64,000 nucleotides of DNA from Rhodoferax sp. (GCA_034519365.1 JAXHOO010000033.1:7850-71849); one strand, 5' to 3'; positions 22,087 to 33,209 are shown, counted from the stretch's first letter. Numbers and translations: made by a program. Notes: generated by a model not told the origin, from the sequence alone.

Positions 22087-22979
22087 TCGGCCTGTACCCT
22101 TTGCCCCACCCGCAGCAGAGCGCCTGCCCCCTGGGTCACGATGGCGTTCATACCAAAGGTGATGGCGCCATTAACCCGTGCATCCTGCCGATACGCCCGC
22201 AAGGTGTCTCCCACAGCGGGGTGGCTGACTGCAGAGGCGGGGTCAATATCTGGAATGGGGCAACGCGCGCAGGGTTTGACCAATCGCAGACCCGCTAGCA
22301 GGCTGTGATGTGCGTCTAACACCTCCATCGCGCTCCAATGGTCTTCGTCGTGTGCCAGAGCGCCGTCCAGCACGATATTGGGTCGAAAGCGCTCCACTCC
22401 GACGGCGGCATGGCCCTGCGCCGCCAAGCGCGCATTGAGATCCTCCATCGCGGCGCTGGTGCAGACCAGCACTGGGTAACCATCGGAAAACTGGGTGTGG
22501 GCGGCTAGCCCCTGGGTCCATTTGCGGCTACACGCGCGTTGCGCCGATGGGTCAAACCGCACCAGCCGCAGACCTGCGGAGCCTAGGCTTTCTTGCAGCC
22601 AGGCCGCCGCCACATCGCCCATGTCCAGCGCAGTCACCGCGTCGTCCCACACCTCTACGTTGCACAGCGCGCCCTGGGCTTGCAGGGGCAACTCCAGTGC
22701 GGCCATGCCGGGCGCCTGTAATGCCAGCGTAGATTCGCGCAGCTGCGGTTGCACCAGCGCCATACGGGCCAGCTCGCGCTGGGAGACAAAGACGCCCTCG
22801 GCATCCACCACCATCCAGTGCCGGTCCCACTGCAGACCCGTGGTCTGCAGCACCGCGCTGTCGAGTTCTAGGCCACCGAGCGACTTGACCGGGTAGACCC
22901 GCAGCCGCGCAATCGTCGCACTGACATCAGGTTCGGAAGCGGAGGCAAGGGCAGAGGCGGTGGAGGCGAGTTCAGACAT
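22071..22979 (-). CDS. MOSC domain protein
   Basis: YPVKS, DRHWMVV, FSDGYP, RFRPNIV and KPCARC motifs. Confidence 0.9.
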   Translation of the reverse strand: MSELASTASALASASEPDVSATIARLRVYPVKSLGGLELDSAVLQTTGLQWDRHWMVVDAEGVFVSQRELARMALVQPQLRESTLALQAPGMAALELPLQAQGALCNVEVWDDAVTALDMGDVAAAWLQESLGSAGLRLVRFDPSAQRACSRKWTQGLAAHTQFSDGYPVLVCTSAAMEDLNARLAAQGHAAVGVERFRPNIVLDGALAHDEDHWSAMEVLDAHHSLLAGLRLVKPCARCPIPDIDPASAVSHPAVGDTLRAYRQDARVNGAITFGMNAIVTQGAGALLRVGQRVQADYAFD

Positions 22980-23060
22980 AGAAATTCCTGGGCGACGGGT
23001 GGGCAAGGGCTTGCCAGCAGGGCTGGGCCGCCATTGTGCATGCCCTCCTACAATGGCCGC

Positions 23061-24179
23061 ATGGCTTCTACTTACGATATTTGTGTGCGTGGCGCGGGGA
23101 TTGCGGGGCGCACGCTGGCCCTGCACTTGGCAGCCAAACGCCTGCGGGTTGCGCTGGTGGTGTCTGCCGGGCCCGCAGTCGATGCGGACGTACGGGCCTA
23201 TGCGCTCAATCAGCCTGCGCGCGCGCTGCTTGAGGGTGTGCGCTGCTGGCCGGATGCAGACCACGCCACCCCGGTGCTGCGCATGGACGTACGCACGGAC
23301 GGTGGCGCCAACGTCTGCTTTGACGCCGCCCAACAGGGTGTGGACGCGCTGAACTGGATCGTCGATGTGCCCGCGCTGGAACAGCAGCTGGCCGAGGCGG
23401 TTCGCTTTCAGCCTTTGATTGAGGTGCTGGAAACCCCCGCCCCCGCCACGCTCACCGTGGTGTGCGAAGGCCGTTTCAGCCAAACCCGCGAAGCACTCGG
23501 CGTCGAATTCGACACCACCTCCTACGACCAATGGGCCGTGGCCACCCGCATTCACTGTGAGCTGCCCCACGCACAAGTCGCGCGCCAGTGGTTCAACCAA
23601 GGCGAAATCCTGGCGTTCTTGCCCCTGGGCGGCGCCCAGGGGAACTTGTGCGCGGTCGTTTGGTCTGTATCGGCAGAGCGCGCTGTCGCGCTACAGGAAC
23701 TCCCCGACATGGAATTTGCCCACGCCTTGCAAGCTGCCAGCCATAGCGTGCTGGGCGCGGCGCAGCTCACCGGCCCGCGTAAAGCTTGGCCGCTGCAGCA
23801 CGCGCTGGCTCGGCGCTGGAGCGGCCAGGGCAGCACGGGCGCCTGGGTACTGGCGGGCGATGCGGCCCACAACGTCCACCCACTGGCCGGCCAGGGTCTG
23901 AACCTGGGCTTGGGCGACGTGGCCGAACTGGTGCGCCTACTCGACGCCCGCCCCTACTGGCGCAGCGTGGGCGACCTGCGGCTGTTGCGCGCCTACGAGC
24001 GAGCGCGTAAAGCCGAATTTGCCCTGGTGGGCGGATCCGGAGACGCCTTACAACAGCTGTTTACCCACCCCCATGCCGCAGCAGCCAGCCTGCGCGACTG
24101 GGGCATGAACCAGTTCAACACCCTCGGCCCCGTCAAGCAATGGGTGGCCCGGCGCGCCATGGGCAGCGCCCACACTTAA
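23061..24179 (+). CDS. UbiH/UbiF/VisC family FAD-dependent hydroxylase
   Basis: GAGIAG Rossmann motif and GDAAHNVHPLAGQGLNLG. Confidence 0.88.
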   Translation: MASTYDICVRGAGIAGRTLALHLAAKRLRVALVVSAGPAVDADVRAYALNQPARALLEGVRCWPDADHATPVLRMDVRTDGGANVCFDAAQQGVDALNWIVDVPALEQQLAEAVRFQPLIEVLETPAPATLTVVCEGRFSQTREALGVEFDTTSYDQWAVATRIHCELPHAQVARQWFNQGEILAFLPLGGAQGNLCAVVWSVSAERAVALQELPDMEFAHALQAASHSVLGAAQLTGPRKAWPLQHALARRWSGQGSTGAWVLAGDAAHNVHPLAGQGLNLGLGDVAELVRLLDARPYWRSVGDLRLLRAYERARKAEFALVGGSGDALQQLFTHPHAAAASLRDWGMNQFNTLGPVKQWVARRAMGSAHT

Positions 24180-24208
24180 GCCGTCTCCCTTTTTTTGAAA
24201 GTCGCACC

Positions 24209-24928
24209 GTGAAAATATCGACCCTGCTGGCCATACTGACTTTGACCCTAACGGCCGCAACCGGCTACGCCCAAGAGGCCGTGATCCGCGCCAACATTGC
24301 CAAGCGCGTACCCCAGCTCAAAGACATTGACGAAGTCCGCAAGACCAACCTGCCCGGCATCTATGAGCTACGCGTCAACGGCGCCGAGATTTATTACACC
24401 GACGCCAAAGGCGACTATCTGATTCAGGGAAACCTGTTCGAAACCAAGGGCCTGCGCAACCTGACCGAAACGCGCGTCAATGAACTCACCGCAGTCAAGT
24501 TTGACGACCTGCCCTTCAAAGACGCCTTCACCATCGTGCGCGGGAACGGCCAACGCAAATTGGCGGTATTTGAAGACCCCAATTGCGGCTACTGCAAGCG
24601 CTTCGAGCGCGATTTGCAAAAGATCGACAACGTCACGGTCTACATGTTTCTCTACCCCATCTTGGGCGCTGATTCGCACGACAAATCCAAGGCCATTTGG
24701 TGCGCCAAAGACAAGACAGTGGCTTGGCAAGACTGGATGCTGCGCGACCAACCCGCCGCCGCTGCGGCCGCCATGTGCGACGTGACCCCGCTGGCACGCA
24801 ATGTGGAATTTGGCAAAACTTACCGCATCACCGGCACACCCACCCTGATCTTCCAAAATGGCACGCGCATTCCCGGCGCGATCGACGCGCAACAGATCGA
24901 GAAGCACCTGGCCGCCGCCAAGGGCTGA
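24209..24928 (+). CDS. dsbC: DsbC family thiol:disulfide interchange protein
   Basis: Signal peptide, FEDPNCGYCK and GTP motifs; GTG start. Confidence 0.88.
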   Translation: MKISTLLAILTLTLTAATGYAQEAVIRANIAKRVPQLKDIDEVRKTNLPGIYELRVNGAEIYYTDAKGDYLIQGNLFETKGLRNLTETRVNELTAVKFDDLPFKDAFTIVRGNGQRKLAVFEDPNCGYCKRFERDLQKIDNVTVYMFLYPILGADSHDKSKAIWCAKDKTVAWQDWMLRDQPAAAAAAMCDVTPLARNVEFGKTYRITGTPTLIFQNGTRIPGAIDAQQIEKHLAAAKG

Positions 24929-24944
24929 CACGGCCCGCGCAGCT

Positions 24945-25010
24945 CACTCCTTTTTTCATAGCTTCTCGCGCATATTCCACGCGGGCTAGAGGCCAATTTG
25001 ACATGAAATT
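24945..25010 (+). repeat. Dispersed element, copy 3 (between dsbC and the M61 peptidase)
   Basis: CACTCCTTTTTTCATAGCTTCTCGCGCATATTCCACGCGGGCTAGAGGCCAATTTGAC. Confidence 0.85.
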
Positions 25011-26869
25011 TCGCACTTCCGCCGCCACCATTGCCCCCCGCTGCACTACCAGGTGGAGGTGCTGAACCTGCAGGCCCACCTGTTCCGGGTCACGCTGACC
25101 GTTGCCCACGCCCGCCGCCGCACAGGCCGCTGCGCTTGCCGGTGTGGATTCCGGGCAGCTACTTGGTGCGCGAATTTGCCAAGCACCTGCAAAAGCTGGA
25201 GGCCCGCCAAGGCGGCAAACGCGTGGCGGTGCAGCAGCACGACAAGGCCACCTGGGAGGTGAGCTGCACGCCCGGCACAGCGCTAGAGGTGCAGTACGAG
25301 GTCTACGCCTTTGACAACTCCGTGCGCACCGCCTGGCTAGACGCCACACGCGGCTTCTTCAACGGCACCAGCCTGTGCCTGCAAGTGCAAGACCAAGCGC
25401 AGGACCAGCCGCACACGCTGGAGCTGGTCGCCAGTGACCCCCTCCAAGGCTGGAGCGTGGCCACCGGACTGGAGCCAGTGCGCGTGACCAAGGCCGGCTT
25501 TGGCCTGTACCGCGCCAACAACTACGACACGCTGGTGGACTGCCCGGTGGAGATGGGGCCATTTTGGAGCGGCAGCTTTGTGGCCTGTGGCATTGCGCAC
25601 CGCTTTGTGGTGGCCGGTGCGCCACCCAGCTTTGACGGCGCGCAGTTGCTGGCCGACACACAAGCGATTTGCGAGGCCGAACTGCGCTTCTGGCATGGCG
25701 ATGCGGTCGACGCGCACTCCCAAAAGAGTAGCACTTCGCGCAAGAAGGACGGTGACCAGAGCCCGATTCCGTTCAAAAACTACGTCTTCATGCTGAACGC
25801 CGTGCACGACGGCTACGGGGGCCTGGAGCACAAAAACTCCACCGCCCTCATCTGCAACCGCAAAGACCTGCCGCGCCAGCCGCGCAACACGCTGGCCCCC
25901 ACCACGCACAAGCAGCCCGAGGGCTACACCACACTCCTGGGCCTGATCAGCCACGAGTATTTCCACACCTGGAACGTCAAGCGCCTGCGCCCCGCCGAGC
26001 TGGCCACCTACGACTACACCCAAGAGAACTACACCCAGCTGCTGTGGTTCTTTGAAGGCTTCACCAGTTATTACGACGACCTGTTGCTGCGCCGCGCCAA
26101 GCGCATCGACAACGCCACCTACCTCAAGCTGCTGACCAAGACCATCAACCAGGTGAACCAGACACCGGGGCGCCTGGTGCAAAGCGTGGCGCAAAGCAGC
26201 TTTGACGCCTGGGTGAAGTACTACCGCCAGGACGAAAACACCGCCAACGCCACGGTAAGCTACTACACCAAGGGCTCGCTGGTCGGCCTGTGCCTGGACC
26301 TGACACTGCGCGCGGAAGGCAAGACCACGCTGGACGCCGTGATGCGCGGCCTGTGGGTCCGCTGCGCGGGCGGCCCCATGGCCGAGGCCGACCTGCTGGC
26401 CGTGCTGCAGGAGTTGGGCGGCCGCAGCTACGCCAAAGACATCGCCCACTGGGTGCACAGCACCAAAGAGTTGCCCGTGGCTGAGCTGCTGGAGCGGCAC
26501 GGTGTGCAGGTACACGGCGAACCCGACCAGATCGCCCAGCAATTAGGCCTACGCGTCAAAGACAGCGGCGGCTTGTTCATCCAGCAGGTAATGCGGGGCG
26601 GCCCGGCCGAAAAGGCAGGTTTTGCGGCCGGCGACGAATGGCTGGCCGTGCAAGCCGAGGGCGACACCCACTGGCGTATGCAGGCGCTGGACGACCTCAA
26701 CCTCTACACCGGCAAGGCCAAGAAGCTGGTGGCAACTATCTCCCGGGACAAACGCTTGATCACCTTACCGTTAACACTGCCGGCTGGCAGCCAGACGGTG
26801 CGCCTGTCGATTCGCGACGTCTCTGCGGTCACCAAGTGGCTAGACGGTAGTTCTTCGTCCGAGCGCTAG
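25003..26869 (+). CDS. M61 family glycyl aminopeptidase with C-terminal PDZ domain; apparent frameshifts in the first ~130 nt
   Basis: [23 protein letters not shown] and [10 protein letters not shown] motifs. The N-terminal [19 protein letters not shown] is in another frame, and the start is uncertain. Confidence 0.85.
25715..25779 (+). repeat. Dispersed element copy inside the M61 peptidase (different reading frame from other coding copies)
   Basis: ACTC-CCAAAAGAG-TAGC-ACTTC-GCGC-AAGAAGGACGG-TGAC-CAGAGCCC keeps the N9/N5/N11 spacing and encodes [18 protein letters not shown]. Confidence 0.65.
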
Positions 26870-26924
26870 CAACGGGAACCCTCTTCGCTATAGTGCCAAG
26901 ACACCAAATTATGGAGATCTCACC

Positions 26925-27704
26925 ATGAGCTACGAATGCATTACCACCCGTACCGAAGGCGACAAGGTCGGGGTCATCACCCTGAACCGGCCCAAGCAAC
27001 TCAATGCGCTGAACGACCAACTCATGGACGAGCTGGGCGCCGCACTCAAGGGCTTTGACGCGGACCCTGCCATTGGCTGCATAGTGGTGACCGGCAGCGA
27101 AAAAGCGTTTGCTGCGGGTGCCGACATCACCGCAATGGCCAAGTTCACGTTTGCCGACGCCTACAAGGGCGACTACATCACCCGCAACTGGGAAGTCATC
27201 CGCAGCATTCGTAAACCTGTTATCGCAGCGGTCAGCGGCTTTGCGCTGGGGGGGGGGTGCGAACTGGCCATGATGTGCGACTTCATCATCGCCGCCGACA
27301 ACGCCAAGTTCGGCCAGCCCGAGATCAAGCTAGGCATCATCCCCGGCGCCGGTGGCACCCAGCGCCTGCCGCGCGCCGTAGGCAAGTCCAAGGCCATGGA
27401 TATGGCGCTGACAGGCCGCATGATAGACGCCACTGAGGCCGAGCGCGCCGGGCTGGTCAGTCGCGTGGTACCGCTGGACAAGCTGCAAGACGAGGCACTT
27501 GGCGCGGCGCTGCAAATCTGCGCGTTCTCGCAAATCGCCACCATGGCCGCCAAAGAATCCGTGAATCGCGCCTTTGAAGGGACTTTGGCCGACGGCATCG
27601 CCTTCGAGCGCCGCATGTTCCACGCCCTGTTCGCCACAGCCGACCAGAAAGAAGGTATGGACGCCTTCGTCAACAAACGCCCGGCTCTGTTTACCCACCA
27701 ATAA
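26925..27704 (+). CDS. Enoyl-CoA hydratase (crotonase family)
   Basis: [15 protein letters not shown] and QPEIKLG motifs. Confidence 0.92.
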   Translation: MSYECITTRTEGDKVGVITLNRPKQLNALNDQLMDELGAALKGFDADPAIGCIVVTGSEKAFAAGADITAMAKFTFADAYKGDYITRNWEVIRSIRKPVIAAVSGFALGGGCELAMMCDFIIAADNAKFGQPEIKLGIIPGAGGTQRLPRAVGKSKAMDMALTGRMIDATEAERAGLVSRVVPLDKLQDEALGAALQICAFSQIATMAAKESVNRAFEGTLADGIAFERRMFHALFATADQKEGMDAFVNKRPALFTHQ

Positions 27705-27729
27705 ATTTTGGTCTATAATTCTGGGCTCC

Positions 27730-27806
27730 GGTCGTGTAGCTCAGTTGGTTAGAGCGCAGCATTCATAATGCTGATGTCGGTGGTTCAAGTCCACCTACGA
27801 CCACCA
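27730..27806 (+). tRNA. tRNA with CAT anticodon (elongator Met most likely; Ile2 not excluded)
   Basis: GGTCGTG/TACGACC acceptor stem, CAGCA-TTCATAA-TGCTG anticodon arm, GGTTCAAGTCC T-arm and encoded CCA. The G1-C72 pair excludes an initiator tRNA. Confidence 0.93.
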
Positions 27807-27813
27807 AAAACCC

Positions 27814-27849
27814 AAAAAGCCGTTGATCTGTAAGGATCAACGGCTTTTT
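27814..27849. terminator. Intrinsic terminator after the tRNA (bidirectional form)
   Basis: AAAAAGCCGTTGATC-TGTAAG-GATCAACGGCTTTTT. Confidence 0.85.
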
Positions 27850-27881
27850 GCATTTCCCGGGCACAGGGTGCGCCGAGCAAG

Positions 27882-27907
27882 AAAAAACCCGCCGAAGCGG
27901 GTTTTTT
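27882..27907. terminator. Intrinsic terminator downstream of ompA (bidirectional form)
   Basis: AAAAAACCCGC-CGAA-GCGGGTTTTTT. Confidence 0.85.
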
Positions 27908-27925
27908 ACCGGCCCAAAGGGAGAG

Positions 27926-28564
27926 TTAGTTGCTGCGGGTGCCCACCACTTCAATTTCTACCCGACGGTTCTGAGCGCGGCCTTCTTTGGTCTTGTTATC
28001 AGCGACGGGCTGGGTCTCGCCCTTGCCTTCGGTGTAAACACGGCTCTTATCAATACCCTTAGAAACCAAGTAAGCCTTCACTGCTTCGGAGCGGGCAACC
28101 GACAACTTTTGGTTGTAGCCGTCAGGGCCGGTGGCGTCGGTGTGGCCCATGGCAATGATGACCTCTAGGTTGATATCCTTCACCTTAGTTACCAAGTCGT
28201 CCAACTTGGCTTTGCCTTCTGGCTTCAGCACTGATTTGTCAAAGTCAAAGAACGCATCGGCAGCATAAGTGACTTTGCTGGCTGCGGCCACCGGCACAGG
28301 AGCGGGCTTTGGAGCCATCGGCGCGGCTTCAACAGCCTTCGGCGGCATAGGCGCTGGCTCTGCCGCGGGTGCCATTGCCAGCGCGCCATCGCAGCCAGGA
28401 GCTGCCGTCGCAGGTGTCCAGCTTGCATCGCGCCAGCATTCGCCCGCCGCGTTCTTCCAGACATCGCCGGACGCGCTGCGCCAGTTGTGGACTTCTTGTG
28501 CGCCAGCGGCAGTTGCCAATACGGCGGCGGCGATCAGGGTTGGTAATTTATTCAAATGTTTCAT
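27926..28564 (-). CDS. ompA: OmpA family outer membrane protein
   Basis: Signal peptide, Pro/Ala linker, FFDFDKS, GHTD, YNQKLS and NRRVEI motifs. Confidence 0.9.
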   Translation of the reverse strand: MKHLNKLPTLIAAAVLATAAGAQEVHNWRSASGDVWKNAAGECWRDASWTPATAAPGCDGALAMAPAAEPAPMPPKAVEAAPMAPKPAPVPVAAASKVTYAADAFFDFDKSVLKPEGKAKLDDLVTKVKDINLEVIIAMGHTDATGPDGYNQKLSVARSEAVKAYLVSKGIDKSRVYTEGKGETQPVADNKTKEGRAQNRRVEIEVVGTRSN

Positions 28565-29039
28565 GGGGTTTTCCTATCTCGAGGTGAACTGCCGCTAGGC
28601 GGCGAAAATTACTGAGTTTTCAGGCAAATACCAAAGCGTCTATCGGTTCCCGCTAACGCGAGTGCAATCTGTCGCTTGGACAATTTGTTGACCAAACAGC
28701 TGGCAAAAACTAATTCTTGAAACGACTCAATGCTGCCAAGTTTGGCTTGGAGCAACGACCAAATCGTCTGCAAGCCAATCGAATACTTCATCAATCGGGC
28801 CCGCCAACCACACCGTAAATACAAGCATTGGGATTGCAACGATTCCGACGCCAAAAAGGAAGAGCCAAGACATATGCATCTCCTAAGTTCCAAAACTGTA
28901 GGTTAACTTTCATCGGGCGATTTACACGTAGGCGGGCTCCTAGTTCCCCTGTAGGAGAACGCCGATACATGCGACCTGACTGAGGGGTGTGAAATCCAAT
29001 AACTGGGGCGATTCACCCCGGTTTTCGGGGTGACCGAGA

Positions 29040-29882
29040 TCAGCGCAAGCCGAATAGCTCGGCCAAAGCCACTCTGTACAAAGGCTGGCCCAACGCATTG
29101 GTGTTGTGATGCGACCCACCTGGAACCATCACGAATGCTTTGCTACCCGTTGCTGCATCAAACAAACGTTGGCCAAGCTCAGGCGCAATGAGGCTATCGT
29201 TGGAGCCGTGCACCACCAGCAATGGGGACCCGATATCCGCGACCCGCTTGATGGCTTCAAAGCGCTGCGTGATCAGCGGCCCCAATGGCAGCCAACCCCA
29301 TTTGAAAGTGCTCACGACTTCAGGGATAGAGGTGAAGGTGCCCTCTACAAGGGGGCCTTGCTCATCGCTCACCTGCGATGCCAACTCAATAGCGATGGCC
29401 CCCCCCAAAGAATGTCCGAAGATATAACGCGGGCGATCGGGATATTGGAGGCGCAGCCAATCCCAGGCCGCGCGCGCGTCTTCATAGGCCATGGCTTCCG
29501 AGGGCAGCCCTGGGCTGCTTTTGCCGAACCCCCGGTAGTCCACCGCCAAAACTGAGAACCCCAACTCTTGCATTCGGCGCGCCCGAAAGGCGGAGCCTTC
29601 AACATTGAAACGCGCGCCGTGCAGGTAGAGCAGCACAGGCGCGTCGGATTTGAGCGCAAAGTTGGGATTCGATAGCCATAAACCGTGTAGCTTGACCTCT
29701 TGGCCAGTCTCTCGGGAGCTGAACTCGATCCAAACATCACTCATTCCCGCAGCGGCTTCGGTTCCACGCCACCAACTACGATCCGAGGGTTGGAATATCC
29801 ATTCGCGCTGGCGCTCGTCAAGCGTGGCGCAACCGGTCAAAATTACAGCCAAGATCGCCATCAGGACAAATGCACGTTTCAT
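29040..29882 (-). CDS. Alpha/beta hydrolase (lipoprotein-like signal)
   Basis: LTGC lipobox, YLHG, DYRGFG, GHSLGG and HGSND motifs. Confidence 0.85.
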   Translation of the reverse strand: MKRAFVLMAILAVILTGCATLDERQREWIFQPSDRSWWRGTEAAAGMSDVWIEFSSRETGQEVKLHGLWLSNPNFALKSDAPVLLYLHGARFNVEGSAFRARRMQELGFSVLAVDYRGFGKSSPGLPSEAMAYEDARAAWDWLRLQYPDRPRYIFGHSLGGAIAIELASQVSDEQGPLVEGTFTSIPEVVSTFKWGWLPLGPLITQRFEAIKRVADIGSPLLVVHGSNDSLIAPELGQRLFDAATGSKAFVMVPGGSHHNTNALGQPLYRVALAELFGLR

Positions 29883-29955
29883 CGTCCTGTCAGATGCCTC
29901 TCACTCCGGGGAAGTTCCTGCTGAATATCAAATACCGTAGATTCAAAAAATTGAC

Positions 29956-31842
29956 CTACTCCACCGTCACACTCTTGGCTAAATTTCGAGGCTTATCGAC
30001 ATCCGTACCCCGCGCGCAGGCTGTGTGGTACGCCAGCAGTTGGAGCGGCACCACGTGCAGCAAGGGTGACAACGCGCCGTAGTGCTCGGGCATGCGGATG
30101 ACGTGCAGGCCTTCGCCGCTGTCGATGCGGGTATCGGCATCTGCCAATACATAGAGCACACCGCCGCGCGCGCGCACTTCGTGCAGATTGCTTTTGAGCT
30201 TTTCCAGCAAGGCGTCGTTGGGGGCCACGGTGACCACGGGCATTTCACTGGTCACTAGCGCCAGTGGGCCATGCTTGAGCTCGCCGGCGGCATACGCCTC
30301 GGCGTGGATGTAGGTAATTTCTTTGAGCTTGAGCGCGCCTTCCATGGCAATCGGGAAATGCAGACCTCGGCCCAAAAACAGCGCATTCTCTTTCTTCGCA
30401 AAGTCGTCTGCCCACGCCATGATTTGCGGCTCCAACGCAAGCACCGCCTGCAGCGCAGCGGGCAGGTGGCGCATGGCTTTGAGGTGGTCCGCCTCTTGCG
30501 CGTCAGTCAACCGGCCCTTCGCCTGAGCCAGACATAGCGTGAGTAAAAACAAACCTGCCAACTGGGTGGTGAACGCCTTGGTAGACGCCACGCCAATCTC
30601 GACACCGGCGCGAGTGACATAGGCCAAACTGCATTCGCGCACCATGGCGCTGGTGGCCACGTTGCAAATGGTGAGCGTGTGCTTCATGCCCAGGCTTTGT
30701 GCGTGGCGCAGCGCGGCCAGCGTGTCTGCCGTCTCGCCCGACTGGGTGATGGTGACGATCAACGTATTAGGGTTGGGCACCGAATCACGGTAACGGTATT
30801 CGCTGGCAACCTCGACCTGGCAGGGTACTTTCGCCATGCTTTCGATCCAGTATTTGGCCGCACAGCCGCTGTAGTAGCTGGTGCCACAGGCCAAGATCAA
30901 CACCGAGTCAATTTGCTTGAACACGCGCGCCGCATTACTACCCGGCGCGTGGTTCATCTGCGCATCAAACAACTCAGGAACAATGCCCTCCACGCCTTCG
31001 AGCGTGTCGGCAATGGCGCGGGGTTGCTCAAATATTTCCTTCTGCATGTAGTGGCGATACGGGCCCAACTCGGCCGCACCGCTGTGCGCCAGCACCGTTT
31101 TCACAGGGCGCTGCGCGGGAGCTACGGCTTTGCCGGCTCTATCGAACAACCAGTACTTACCTAACTGCATGTCCACCACATCGCCCTCTTCCAAGTACAC
31201 GATTTGGTCGGTCACACCCGCTAGGGCCATGGCGTCGCTGGCCAAGAAGTGCTCTTGCCCGTCTTTGCCCACGCCCAAGATGAGCGGCGAGCCGGCACGC
31301 GCGCCCACCAGACGATGGGGTTCATCCCGGCAAAAAACGGCGATGGCATAGGCGCCATGCAACTGCGCAACCGCCGCCTGTACAGCGTTAAACAAATCGC
31401 CGTCGTACAGGCTGTCGATCAGGTGGGCGATAACTTCGGTGTCGGTCTGGCTGTCAAACACGTAGCCCTTGGCGCGCAGTTGGTCGCGCAGTGCATCGTG
31501 GTTCTCAATGATGCCGTTGTGCACCAGTGCCACGCGGCCCGGGCGGTTGGCAGCGTCTGCCCCGGTGCCATGACTGAAATGAGGATGGGCGTTGTGCATG
31601 GCGGGTGCGCCATGGGTGGCCCAGCGGGTGTGGGCAATACCCAATGTGCCTTGCACATCACCGGCGCTCACTTGCGCCATCAACTCGGCCACGCGTGCCG
31701 TGCTGCGGGCGCGCTGTAAGCCGCCTTGCGCGTACACAGCCACGCCGCAGGAGTCATAACCCCGGTACTCCAGTCGCTCTAAGCCTTGAACCAAAACTGG
31801 AACGATGTTGCGCAATGACACTGCGCCTACGATGCCGCACAT
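29956..31842 (-). CDS. glmS: Glutamine-fructose-6-phosphate transaminase
   Basis: [22 protein letters not shown] and terminal [11 protein letters not shown]. Confidence 0.97.
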   Translation of the reverse strand: MCGIVGAVSLRNIVPVLVQGLERLEYRGYDSCGVAVYAQGGLQRARSTARVAELMAQVSAGDVQGTLGIAHTRWATHGAPAMHNAHPHFSHGTGADAANRPGRVALVHNGIIENHDALRDQLRAKGYVFDSQTDTEVIAHLIDSLYDGDLFNAVQAAVAQLHGAYAIAVFCRDEPHRLVGARAGSPLILGVGKDGQEHFLASDAMALAGVTDQIVYLEEGDVVDMQLGKYWLFDRAGKAVAPAQRPVKTVLAHSGAAELGPYRHYMQKEIFEQPRAIADTLEGVEGIVPELFDAQMNHAPGSNAARVFKQIDSVLILACGTSYYSGCAAKYWIESMAKVPCQVEVASEYRYRDSVPNPNTLIVTITQSGETADTLAALRHAQSLGMKHTLTICNVATSAMVRECSLAYVTRAGVEIGVASTKAFTTQLAGLFLLTLCLAQAKGRLTDAQEADHLKAMRHLPAALQAVLALEPQIMAWADDFAKKENALFLGRGLHFPIAMEGALKLKEITYIHAEAYAAGELKHGPLALVTSEMPVVTVAPNDALLEKLKSNLHEVRARGGVLYVLADADTRIDSGEGLHVIRMPEHYGALSPLLHVVPLQLLAYHTACARGTDVDKPRNLAKSVTVE

Positions 31843-31974
31843 ACGACTGTCCTTTCAAAAACTAGAGTGGATGCTATCTACACCGATAGAAATTTTTTGT
31901 CTATTTTTGTTATTTATTTTTTCAAATAGTCCAATTAATATTCGACATGAAATTAAATTCCATAAAATACCAAA

Positions 31975-32466
31975 ATGAAACCCAATATTCTTGACTCTGT
32001 CGACTTGGAGCTGCTGGGTTACCTGCAGCGGGATGCATCCACCAGCAACCTAGCCTTGGCCGACCGGGTCCATATTTCCCCCCCCACCTGCCTGCGGCGC
32101 GTCAAACGCCTGCACGATATCGGGCTGATTACAAAACAGGTAGCGCTGCTCAACCCAGAGCGCCTCGCTGCGGCGCTGGGTTGCGGGCTGACAGCAATGG
32201 TGGAAATCACGCTGGACCAACAAAGCACAGAGGCATGGGAGCAATTTGAGGCACGCGTGGTGCAGGAAGACCGGGTACAGCAGTGCTACCGGGTGTCCCC
32301 CGGCCCGGACTTTTGCTTGGTGGTGCATGCGCTGGACATGCAGGACTACTTGGCCTTGACCCAGCGCCTGTTCACGGCGGACGCCAATGTGCGCAACGTG
32401 AAAGCGTTTTTCAGCGTGAAACGCAGCAAATTCGGCGCCGAACTACCGCTACCAGCCCGCCACTAA
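31975..32466 (+). CDS. Lrp/AsnC family transcriptional regulator
   Basis: N-terminal HTH (LADRVHISPPTCLRRVKRL) plus AsnC domain; divergent from glmS across an AT-rich spacer. Confidence 0.88.
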   Translation: MKPNILDSVDLELLGYLQRDASTSNLALADRVHISPPTCLRRVKRLHDIGLITKQVALLNPERLAAALGCGLTAMVEITLDQQSTEAWEQFEARVVQEDRVQQCYRVSPGPDFCLVVHALDMQDYLALTQRLFTADANVRNVKAFFSVKRSKFGAELPLPARH

Positions 32467-32705
32467 CGGCCCCCCCCCGTATTTCCACCGTTATTACCCC
32501 GCCTTGGGGCATTGGTGCACAGATTCAAGCGCTCATTGTTTCTGATTTGGAAACGCACCAATGCGCATTAGGGTATTTATCTATTGTGTTGGAAATTTTA
32601 CAGTTCATCCCATCGACGAGACGAAACAAGGAAACGCCCCTCGATGCTGTTTAGACGGAGTGATTCCGCCGCAGCGGCTTCTTCAACTTTGAAAGGATAT
32701 TTATC

Positions 32706-33185
32706 ATGAAATCGACTACTGCAGCTACTTTGGTTTTGGCCCTCTCCACCTTGGTCGCTGGCCAAGCCATGGCCGGCTCCAACATCGACACATCCAACCC
32801 CAGCGAACTGGACTTTGCGATGAACGCATCCACGCAAGTCATTGCTTCCAGCAAGACCCGCGCTGAGGTTCGTGCTGAGCTGGTACAAGCCAAACGCCTT
32901 GGCGCCAACATCGACACGTCGAACCCCAGCGAGCTGGACTTCGCGTTCAACGCTGCTGGCAAGCAAGATGCTGTGTCTACGCTGACCCGTGCCCAAGTGC
33001 GTGCTGAAGCGGCCCAAGCCACGCGCTCTAACATCGACACGTCAAACCCCAGCGAGTTGGACTTCGCGTTCAACGCTGCTAGCACCCAAGACGTCGCCAT
33101 CGCCAAGACCCGCGCTGACGTGCGTGCCGAGCTGTCCCAAGCAGAAGTGGAACCCGCTCCTGTGGCCTACGCCCAAGCTTGGTAA
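32706..33185 (+). CDS. Secreted protein with three ~42-aa tandem repeats (DUF4148-like TRAEVRAE motifs)
   Basis: RBS AAAGGA, signal peptide, and three NIDTSNPSELDFA(M/F)NA...TRAxVRAE units. Confidence 0.8.
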   Translation: MKSTTAATLVLALSTLVAGQAMAGSNIDTSNPSELDFAMNASTQVIASSKTRAEVRAELVQAKRLGANIDTSNPSELDFAFNAAGKQDAVSTLTRAQVRAEAAQATRSNIDTSNPSELDFAFNAASTQDVAIAKTRADVRAELSQAEVEPAPVAYAQAW

Positions 33186-33209
33186 TTGAAAGGGGCACCC
33201 GCCCCGGGG

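Noticed and set aside
27730-27910. tRNA as an island integration site
   Set aside because: No integrase or duplicated tRNA 3' end; it is followed by terminators and ompA.
28565-29039. Riboswitch or sRNA in the long ompA upstream region
   Set aside because: I could not recognise any known motif by eye; an Infernal/Rfam scan is needed.
31843-31974. glmS ribozyme
   Set aside because: This is a short AT-rich divergent promoter region with no ribozyme core.
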